Below, one piece after another: positions 1 to 8,600 of a stretch of 64,000 nucleotides of DNA. The position numbers were made by a program, and so were the translations under genes. The DNA is from an uncultured Granulicella sp. (GTDB lineage Bacteria > Acidobacteriota > Terriglobia > Terriglobales > Acidobacteriaceae): assembly GCA_964282835.1 (NCBI GenBank), contig OZ196157.1, positions 60,600 to 124,599 of the forward strand, read 5' to 3'. Every line of letters begins with the position of its first letter. Position 1 is the stretch's first letter. The notes below the pieces were generated by a model. That model made no database searches. It was not told the DNA's origin and was given only the letters and a program-made list of their open reading frames with translations.

Positions 1-474
1 GCTTACCATAAACGTCATATGGACTGGATCGTAAAGACCTATCGGTCCATTCAGCGAAAGACCCTGATCTCGGTTGGTCTTGCCTGCGTTCTTTTGGCCT
101 CTTTTGGCCGGCCACTGATCAGGTTCTGGGCCGGAGACGCCGCGGTCCCAAGTCAGAGACTGCTCTGGCTCATGGCCGCCTTTGCCTTCGTGATGACGGT
201 CACTTCGACCCAGGCCCTTTTGCTCACGGCGACCGGCCGGCTGCACTTAGAAACCTCCGTGGCCGTCCTTGCGGCAGTTTCTAACCTTCTGCTCTCCATT
301 TGGCTGGTGCAGCGCATCGGGCCGGAAGGTGTCATCCTCTCCACGCTGCTTTCGTTCTTGGTTTTCATGCTCGTACCGCAGCAGTGGGAAGTGAATCGGG
401 TTTTAGCTGGAAGTTATCTGCCGCCACTTGATCTTGGCCCAGGGAAGATCACAATCCCCTACGGGACAGGGTAA
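1..474 (+). CDS. Wzx-type polysaccharide flippase (MOP superfamily), C-terminal fragment; 5' end lies outside the window
   Basis: The frame is open from nt 1. The hydrophobic multi-TM tail (LLLTATGRLHLETSVAVLAAVSNLLLSIWLVQRIGPEGVILSTLLSFLVFMLV) resembles O-antigen/EPS flippases. Neighbours are methyltransferase, Wzy-like and GT2 genes. Confidence 0.55.
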   Translation, partial: AYHKRHMDWIVKTYRSIQRKTLISVGLACVLLASFGRPLIRFWAGDAAVPSQRLLWLMAAFAFVMTVTSTQALLLTATGRLHLETSVAVLAAVSNLLLSIWLVQRIGPEGVILSTLLSFLVFMLVPQQWEVNRVLAGSYLPPLDLGPGKITIPYGTG

Positions 475-511
475 TACATCCATCTATTAAGTGATCTCAA
501 TGGTCAGGCGA

Positions 512-537
512 GCCTCTCCTTTAGAGAGGCGTTTTCC
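512..537 (+). terminator. Rho-independent terminator candidate downstream of the flippase gene
   Basis: GCCTCTC-cttta-GAGAGGC forms a perfect 7-bp stem (512-530), followed by GTTTTCC. Confidence 0.5.
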
Positions 538-627
538 TTAAGTCAAGCAGCGTTTGCCTATGTCGGAGGCCCCTCCCTGCTTTCCAGAATTATAAATAAG
601 CTGAGAGCGAAAGTAAGCTTTCGCCGC

Positions 628-1353
628 GTGGTCGGACTCTACCGCCGCCGCCTTTCACGAAAGGTCTTCGCCCTGTGTGGCGGCATGATCCATCAGGGAC
701 CGTTCGTTGGCATGCGGTGGCTGGATCACCCAGGCTGGGGAAGATCCGAGCAAGGCGCCATCGTGCTCGGCCTCTACGAACAGGAGGTCAGCCACCATCT
801 CACCAACGCTCCTGATCGTTACAGGGTCTTCGTCGATGTTGGGGCGGCGGACGGTTATTACGCTGTCGGACTTCTTTTCAATCGCACCGTGGATCGATGC
901 GTTGCCTTCGAGTCCATTCCTGAGTGCCGCGCCGCTATCGCGCGGCTCGCGGCCGAGAACCACGTATCCGACAAGATCACAGTCCTCGGCACCGCGTCCG
1001 ACCATTTGGTGGACACGCTTCGTGCACACGGGATCAAGTCGCCCGAGACGATGTTCCTTATCGACATAGAAGGTGCGGAATTCGAGTTACTTACGGAAGA
1101 AGTCTTTGCTTTCTTGAAGGACTCAATGATCATCGTCGAGACCCATGCTCACATCTATCTCCATCCCCAAGCAATGATCGAGCAAATGATTAAAGCTGCT
1201 TCGTCGACTCACCAGGTTTCGAGCTGGTACCCGGGTGCCCGCAACCCGTGGGTTCTCAAGGAGCTTGAAAGCTTCTCAGAGCTTGATCGATGGATCCTTT
1301 GCTCTGAAGGTCGCACCGAATTACAGCAGTGGCTGCGTTTTGATCCCTTGTAG
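628..1353 (+). CDS. FkbM-family SAM-dependent methyltransferase
   Basis: GTG start. Glycine-rich SAM motif VFVDVGAADGYYAVGLL, then VAFES and DIEGAEFELL, in the order seen in FkbM-type polysaccharide methyltransferases. Confidence 0.6.
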   Translation: MVGLYRRRLSRKVFALCGGMIHQGPFVGMRWLDHPGWGRSEQGAIVLGLYEQEVSHHLTNAPDRYRVFVDVGAADGYYAVGLLFNRTVDRCVAFESIPECRAAIARLAAENHVSDKITVLGTASDHLVDTLRAHGIKSPETMFLIDIEGAEFELLTEEVFAFLKDSMIIVETHAHIYLHPQAMIEQMIKAASSTHQVSSWYPGARNPWVLKELESFSELDRWILCSEGRTELQQWLRFDPL

Positions 1354-2569
1354 ACCCGTCCTCTCTAGGATCAATCAGGCCCAGCACAAAGATCAAACCA
1401 TAGCTCACAGCGGATAAGGAGGCAAGCAGATCAGGGTTAAAGAAAGCGGCTGCGATAAAATCCAGCAATAGAAGAAGGACCGCAGCCTGATAAGCGCGCT
1501 TTCCCCGACGCAGATCAAATGCCTTACGGTAAAAGTTGATGAGCAGACCTGCCAGCAAGCACATCCCAACAATGCCAAACTGCACCAATAAAGCGCCGAT
1601 CTGTACTTCATACACATACGGAGTATCGACCGAACGCTTGAGATTCAAGATGTAGCTGCCCATGCCATGCCCGAAGAGCGGCGCATCCCAGAAAAACTGT
1701 TTCAGACCCACAATCTGCCAGGTTCGTTCTATATCTGATGATCCAGCCAAAGCCGTAGAGAAACGGAGCGTGACCAGAGCAGAAAGGACGGGGAAAAAGT
1801 AGGCCGTCGCGGCCGCGCTGATAGAAAGATACAGAAGCACAATTTTGTCGCGACGAGCAATGAAAGATCCGAGCAGCGCGGCCAGCACCGTACTTATCCA
1901 GATAAATCTTGAGAACGTATATAAAGAAGAGAAACAGAGTAATGCCACGCATAAAACGGCAACGCCGCCACGGAGATGCAGACGCTTGCGCAAGCCAATG
2001 ATAGCGAACAGTGTGATTGGCAGCAGATTATCGGATGGAAACTGCAGTCGCCCGCCAGCTCCCTCCAGATCCAGCGCCATCAGCTTCACACCAAAAATTT
2101 TAGAGATCACGTCGACGAGGTCGACTACTGAGGCTCCTGTAATCAGCGAGTAGGTCAGCAGCAACACCTTGAGAAAGCTGCCGAAAGCAACCGTGTAGAT
2201 ACAGAGCCGAATAAACTTTTCACGATCAAGGAGCGTCGGAGTAAAAAGGCGGATGAAAAGACAGCCGGCCAGCGTAGTCAGAACGTCCTTGGCCTGAGAA
2301 AGCGCAAGCTCCGAATAGAAGGAATCGAGGAAGGAACGCAAAGTAGCGGCAATGACAAGACAACCACAGGCCGCCGCAAACGCGTATTGAGCAAGGGCTC
2401 TCTCTTCACTAGCTAACCGGTGCGCGGCAATCACCGCCAGTGGAACAAAAATCAGAATCTTGACATTAACGCCGTAGATGCTACCAGCGGGCAACAAAGC
2501 GAGCAGCACGATAAACAGACTGAACAGATTCCAGATTGTGGGGGAAATAGGAACATGGCGCATCTGCAT
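1256..2569 (-). CDS. O-antigen ligase/polymerase-like (Wzy_C-type) integral membrane protein
   Basis: Many hydrophobic helices and a loop with FWDAPLFGHGMGSY, typical of the Wzy_C/O-antigen ligase family. The 3' end overlaps the convergent methyltransferase gene by 98 nt. Confidence 0.65.
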   Translation of the reverse strand: MQMRHVPISPTIWNLFSLFIVLLALLPAGSIYGVNVKILIFVPLAVIAAHRLASEERALAQYAFAAACGCLVIAATLRSFLDSFYSELALSQAKDVLTTLAGCLFIRLFTPTLLDREKFIRLCIYTVAFGSFLKVLLLTYSLITGASVVDLVDVISKIFGVKLMALDLEGAGGRLQFPSDNLLPITLFAIIGLRKRLHLRGGVAVLCVALLCFSSLYTFSRFIWISTVLAALLGSFIARRDKIVLLYLSISAAATAYFFPVLSALVTLRFSTALAGSSDIERTWQIVGLKQFFWDAPLFGHGMGSYILNLKRSVDTPYVYEVQIGALLVQFGIVGMCLLAGLLINFYRKAFDLRRGKRAYQAAVLLLLLDFIAAAFFNPDLLASLSAVSYGLIFVLGLIDPREDGSTRDQNAATAVIRCDLQSKGSIDQALRSFQAP

Positions 2570-2911
2570 AGGTCATATAAGTTCACTTTGAGATTATCAG
2601 AGGCATCCAGCTCGTTGTTCCTCCAGGCGACCAATGAAGGCCTGGACGGATCAGGACCAAGCCGCTTCAGCCAGGCTGCCAACAGCCCGCAGTGAAGGTG
2701 ACGGGCTTGTCATTTCAAGTCGGAAACTAGGATTGAAAGAACGTGACGCTGACCACGGCAGCACGGTTCGAGACGCAGACCGCAACGATAAATGATGCTG
2801 ATTTGCGCGGGGGCACATCGCCACAGCGTCGACAGGACTGCCGTCGGCTTCCGTGCTGTGGCGTTTAGGGCACGGGTTTCTACAGCCATCTTCAGAGCGG
2901 GACGCGCTATT

Positions 2912-3961
2912 TTATGAAGAGGGCGCGCTGAGGTGAGACTGAGCCGTAAGATTTGCCTCGCGCTCATCCACCCAATAATGGGCTTGGGCGGAAAGCCTCT
3001 CTTTCATGCCCTGGGACAAAAGATGTTCATGACGGCCAAGCTGATAGCTGATCCATTTGCTCACGTTGCGCAGAGCTGCCTTCGGCAGAAGGGTCCACTG
3101 GTGTTCCATAAGGTAGCGCGCCTCTGACACCACAAACTTTCGTCCTTCTCCGCCCGCTTCCCCAAATGCCATCAGCAGCCAGTGTTCCCTTTGGTGATGG
3201 ACTCCAATATCGAAGTAACGCGAGAACTCTTGAGGAATCGTAAGAGAATGCGAATGAATTGCCGTCGCCTCGGCCTGATACGCCACTTTCCAGCCGGTCA
3301 TCAACATCCGCGCGGCCACCGTCACCTCCTCCGACACGATGGTGTTTCGCGGAAACCCCCCAACCTCCGTGAGCGCTGACCTGCGGTAAGCAGCAAAGCT
3401 GTTGGAGAAAAAAGCAGCCCTGAACCCGAGTTGCTTGCGGCTTTCGAAGCTACGCACCTCAGATGCGGCAGGGTAGTTGAACAACCGTGCATGCCTCTCG
3501 ATCGGGTCTGCTCCTGGCCGTGGAAGCTGGCGTCCGTAGCTGGCTCCCACCTCTGGCTGCGCAAACGGGGCAAGCAAATCTCTGAACGCGGTGGTGCCGG
3601 AAGGCACTGCGTCCTGGGTAAGGTAAATAAGAATCTCGGCTCTCGGGAGACATTCCGCGGCAAACTGTCGTGTAGCTCCATGCCGGAAGCTCTCGTGCGG
3701 GATCGTCTTCAACTGGTATCCGGCTCGTTCCACCAATTGCCGGGTACTATCGGTTGAGGAAGAGTCGATAATGAGCACCTGATCAGATGTGACGCCCTGC
3801 TGTTGCAAGGCAGTCTGCATGGCGTACCAGTGACGGCTTGCGTTATAAGTGGGAATGACAACCGCGGCCCGCAAGAGTAAGCTCTGTTGTGCTCTTGAAG
3901 TAGCGACCTCTTTTGCCACGCCATCGTCATGCTTCATACTCTGCAGATTCTCGACCCACAT
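2912..3961 (-). CDS. Family-2 glycosyltransferase (rhamnosyltransferase-like)
   Basis: AAVVIPTYNASRHW, LIIDSSSTDST and YLTQDA match the GT-A/GT2 motif set. The start could instead be the internal Met at about 3934. Confidence 0.75.
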   Translation of the reverse strand: MWVENLQSMKHDDGVAKEVATSRAQQSLLLRAAVVIPTYNASRHWYAMQTALQQQGVTSDQVLIIDSSSTDSTRQLVERAGYQLKTIPHESFRHGATRQFAAECLPRAEILIYLTQDAVPSGTTAFRDLLAPFAQPEVGASYGRQLPRPGADPIERHARLFNYPAASEVRSFESRKQLGFRAAFFSNSFAAYRRSALTEVGGFPRNTIVSEEVTVAARMLMTGWKVAYQAEATAIHSHSLTIPQEFSRYFDIGVHHQREHWLLMAFGEAGGEGRKFVVSEARYLMEHQWTLLPKAALRNVSKWISYQLGRHEHLLSQGMKERLSAQAHYWVDEREANLTAQSHLSAPSS

Positions 3962-4319
3962 ATATATCGGACCCTGTTGTTAAGCTGCTAAATTGCGAAA
4001 TTGCAAAGCCTCAAAAACTTAGGATAACGTTACTATAGTTTACTGTTTTAGGCGATTCTTTGAAAGATTGCTCGTTTTGAACCGGAGAAAAGCTGAATCG
4101 TTATCGGAGACATCGAGCGATAAAGCTGATGTCGTACGATGTCGCTTTTGCGGCCATTTCCGTCCAGCAGTCATCGACTTCGTTTCTGGCGCTTTTCAAT
4201 CTACGCCAGAGGGTGGCCGGCGTTTCTGGAAGTTCTTCAGCGTCAGCATTCGCAAACCCCAACATCCGCCACGCCTGCTTCAAAGCCATCCACGTATGCG
4301 CTGGTGTGTGAAGAAGGGT

Positions 4320-4700
4320 TAGGGGATCTAGCCGGAGTGACGCCAATGCAAGTTGCGGCGTATGTTAGGCAGCTCGGCCGTACGTACTCGCAAACCTGTC
4401 AAGCAACACCTCGCCGCACCCGCCGAGTTCAAGCGCGAGCTCATCCGCGAACGAAACCTTGACGGCCTACCGCAGCTCGCGCTCGAGGCCGCACCGGAGG
4501 ATGGCTGCCGAAGCTCTCACCCAAAGAGATCGAGACGATCCGCGCCCTGTTAAATCCTTGGAAATCCAGTGGTCGAGATCGTCGCCCGCTTCCATATCGC
4601 GCGCTCAAACCTCTCCTGCGCCATCCTCAAGCCTGCCTGTTGACCGCACAGGCCCTCTAAGCGGCTTTGAAGTTCCTCAGCGTACGTGAATTTTCTCTCT
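4320..4700 (+). pseudogene. Tyrosine recombinase/integrase remnant (frameshifted N-terminal and core-binding part)
   Basis: Pieces lie in three + frames: GVTPMQVAAYVRQLGRTYS, KPVKQHLAAPAEF, LPKLSPKEIETIRALL and SGRDRRPL. They resemble the SAM-like N-domain of phage-type integrases (..VKQHLAALR.., ..LS.EE...LL.., G.RDRAL). No intact ORF remains. Confidence 0.3.
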
Positions 4701-4789
4701 TGAACCGTCCCCAAGTACGCGAAAACCTTGCCTTGAAAAGCATCGGCCAGCATCAGCGCTGGCCAATATGGAAATGCTACGCTGCAAAG

Positions 4790-5540
4790 CGGGTACGGTA
4801 GCTCTCTGGCGGCGCAGTCCTCCTGCCAGTTGACGGTGACCTATACCTCGGAACTATCCGGCACGGATCATCTGACCGTGACGGTGCAGAACGGAACCGC
4901 CGGTGTGAACGTAACCACCCAGGTTGTGGTCACGGTGGGACCGAACGAACCGGTGACCCCGAAGATCGCCGACCTCGGCAGCGTGTCGATCGCAGGGGTA
5001 GGCGCAGCACGGCGACCCTGAACTTCACTCTTTATGGTCCGGTCTATAACACAACGCAGCAGTATATCGGCCTCTCCATCAGCGGGGCCAATGCGGGAGA
5101 TTTACCCGGTACCTTCGCCTGCAACACAGATAGCCGTCTCTCCGCAAACAACGATTCAGACGGATTATGCAAGTTGGTACGAGGCCTGGGGCGCGGGTAC
5201 CGTGCCCTACCTTCAACTGTCCAAGACACCACCGCCGAGCGCTTTTGCCGAGCCTTCGATTCTCCCCAGTTACGGGCGCGGCGTCTGGTAGATCTGGCCA
5301 ACGGCGCGATCCAAGAGCGAAGATACGATCTGCCGAAGCGAATCTTAAACAAGCGCAGGCGCTGGACGACAACGCGCGCGACCTTTGGGGAAGATTTAGC
5401 CGTGGACATGCACCACGGCGATCAGAGGGAGGCAATGCGTCTCTACGCAAAAGAAAGCGGAGTTGCATCCGGGAGCCGACTTCGCCTATCGCAATCTGGC
5501 CCGTCTCGAAGACGTGGCTCGGTCTTGCTTCCCGCGTCCA
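4790..5540 (+). pseudogene. Coding debris: Ig-like/choice-of-anchor-type fragment followed by a TPR-like fragment
   Basis: SCQLTVTYTSELSGTDHLTVTVQNGTAGVNVTTQVVVTVG and TATLNFTLYGPVYNTTQQYIGLSISGANAGDLPGTFACNT lie in different frames. They are followed by AEANLKQAQALDDNARDLW and GDQREAMRLYAK..ADFAYRNLARLEDV. There are multiple frame breaks and no start. Confidence 0.25.
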
Positions 5541-5697
5541 GGTTGACCCACCGGAATCTGCAACGCTTCCGCGACGAGTCGTCACGACGGACTCGAACGC
5601 CAGCCGGCTGGCGAACGTGGAATGTCCTCGACAATGTGGGAACCGGCGTGATCGCCGCAGCCACATCCGCCTTATTCCTTCACCGCTTAGTCCAGCT

Positions 5698-8600
5698 TCA
5701 CTCCAAGCCAGTGACGTCTATGATTGCGAGGCTGAGATTACGCACCCGGACGATGGGCTGCGTGTTGTTGCTAAGTGAGGAGAATGCGGAGAGGTCGAAG
5801 TAGAGGCAACCCCCCAAGCGCGAAGGTGAATCTGTCGCGAACCAGTTCGCGACCTCGCCGGCTACGTTCGCGATGTAAATGTCGGCCCGCGTCACCGGGC
5901 CGGTGTTCGCAGTGAGGCTGGTCTGCCAACTCGCTGGGATCTGGAAATCCGACGCAGGATAGAGCAGCACGGGCATCTCAATTGCTGGCAGGGCGGCCGT
6001 TTCGGCGAGCCGGTAGGCGTAGCGCACTTCAAGCTTCACGATCTGGGTCTTGGCCGGGCTGTCCGCAAAGAAGGTCGAAAAGAGAGCGGTCAAGTGACCA
6101 TTCAGGGTGCGCTTCTCGGTCGTCCCGCTGGGGACCTGCGCCACATCGATGGTTGCGGCAGTATCGAGCAACGGTGTGAGCTTATTGCGGAACTGCACCT
6201 CGGGCGTAGTGTAGATGAAGGGTCTGCGAGTCGGGTTCGCCGTACCCACGAGGTCTGCGTTGCGTGTGATCTGGATGCCCGACCAGGCGTTCTGGTACTG
6301 GGTGACGTCAAGCTGAGCAATCTCCGCGGTACGCTGCGGGATGAGTTGCGCTTCGTCCCAGCCGAGGTAGAGATCCTGGCCGGGCTGGGGATTGATGCGC
6401 TTATAAAGCCAAGCCTTGCGCTCGATGGTGGGCGCGGCATCTCCCATGCGGTGTGCGGTGGCGAGCAGTCCGGCACGGACATCCTCGTGCGCGTTGCCGC
6501 GCTGCCGGCCGCGAATGCTTTGCTGCAGCAACTCGCGCGACGCGCTGGCGTCCGGATCGGTCGGTTCGGCGGTGAAGCCGTCGAAGAGTATGCCCGGAGC
6601 CGCGATCCCTTTGGGGAGCGGAACGGTGTAGGCGATGACGACGCGCAGCCGCATGATTTCATCAACGGAGCCGCTGCTCACCGTCACTGCATCTTCAAGG
6701 ACCGAGAACGGCACGTCCTCCTTGGTGGCCGTAAGCAGCGCGTCCTCGGCACCGGCCTGGCGCGCGGTCCACAGCTTCCATTGCGCGGCAAGGTTGCCGA
6801 GCAGGAAGCCAAGTGCGCTCAAGGCGTTGCGCGACCGCACGAAGTCACCAGCAGTCGTCGCCGTAGCTACGTGGATGCCGAGCAGGTCCCTGGCAAAAAC
6901 GGCTTGCAGGTCCGGGAGAACGAAGTTAAGCCGCGCCAGCAGGACGAAGAGGTCGGGCTCTTCGACTGTGAAAGCAGAGAGCTGCGCCGTCTGCGGCACG
7001 TTGAAGCGCACCACAGCGTCGATGCGGTTCTGCAGGGCGTGCACCTGCGCGTAGAAGAAGCGGAAAGCCCATTGCTTGGCGGCCTTGAGGTTGGCGGTCT
7101 GGTCGGTGCCGATCGGCGTAGGAACGAAATCCTGGTTGAGCAACGTCGGCGCGGCGGGGTACGCCCGCAGCGGAATGGGGATTTCCACCGCGATCGACGA
7201 CTCGCCGGTGGTCAAAGCGAGCGGCGCGGGCGGGTCGATGAAGTTGAGGCAGGAGGATGCCTCATAGCCATCCATGGCGGCCAGCGCTTCAACTGCATGC
7301 TCGATGTGCGTGGGCCGATACTGGAACGGCACCTTGAAGCTGGACTGCTGGCTCGCGTCGCGAGCAGCGAAGGTAAACGTCAGCAGCGGGTTTGTGGGTT
7401 CGAGCGGAATCTTGAACGAACTGGCCGTATAGTCCGCAGCGTTTTCGACCTGGGTCGGGTCGACGGGGTTGCCGTAGTAGTGTGGCGGTATGGCCGGGGC
7501 GGTTGTGGCCGGGGCCGCAACCTGCAGTTCGTACTGGACGACGGCATCGATAGCGTATGCATTGGCCAGCTTGATGAGCAGCTGCTGCTTCAGCTTGTCG
7601 CGGGCAGCCTGGAAGTTCGCAGGTTTGCTCGTCGTGGTGATCGCCGGCTCGCTCAGGATGTTGGTCATGCCGGTAACGATCGCGTCGGCCAACAGGCGCT
7701 TCGCGAGCAGGATCTGCGCCAGGTACGACGTGCCGCCGATGGAATCGACCAGAAAGGCCGGCACGGCATATTGCGGCTGCAGCACAGTGTCGATCGTCGC
7801 CAGCGCATTAGCCGCCCACAGGTCTAGATCGATGCCGGTATAGGTCTGGGTCTGGTCTGGCGTGGCGCTCAGCCCCTGCTCCGGGGTAAAGGTGTAGAGC
7901 GTGACGTTCGGCCGATTTTGCAACTCGGTAGAAAGCGGCGCAACCGCAAAAAAGATGGCGGGATTCTTGATGGTGACGGCATATGGCTCGGTAGCGGTCT
8001 TGCCCAGGCGTACCGCCCAAAGGGTATCGGCTCCTCCCTGGCCGCCGAGGTCCGCACGCGGCGTCCCGGAGGCCAGCCGCAGCGAGGACGAGGCCTGCTG
8101 GAAGGCGGCTTCGAAGCTGCGCGTGTACTCATCGAGCGTGTAGCCGGTGGTCTGGTTGGGCTTGCTCAGGCGCGGCGCAATGACGCTTTCCGCCAGGCGC
8201 GAGGCGGCGTTGTCGCGGAACTCCGGCAAGACGCCGCTGATCTCGCGCTCCAGGCGTACGGAAACCAGGATCTCGACAATCGTCTGGCCGGCGGCTGGCG
8301 TGATGGAGCGCGCGAGATCGACGTTCTGCGGCAGGTTGGTAGCCGGAGGGGTGGCTTTGGTGCGGTAGACCGTATCCACATAGCGCCAGGCGGCGAGCAC
8401 ATAGGCGACGATGGCCGTGCGTTCGGCGGCCGTCACGCGCACGGGCGTATCGCCGGCGAGCGTACAGACGGTCGAAACATGCAGCAAGTCGCTGCCGTCG
8501 CGCACGGTCTGGACCATCTGGTAGTAGAGCAGGGCGAACACCTGGCGGTCGGCCTCGGCGTTGGGCAGCCAGCCCTGGTCGCCGGCGGACTGCGGGACGT

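Noticed and set aside
4101-4753. Two small minus-strand ORFs (81 and 67 aa) in the debris zone as a possible toxin-antitoxin pair.
   Set aside because: I recognised no TA-family motif. They have mediocre codon bias, are separated by about 200 nt in different frames, and overlap the integrase-like fragments on the other strand. I treat them as debris.
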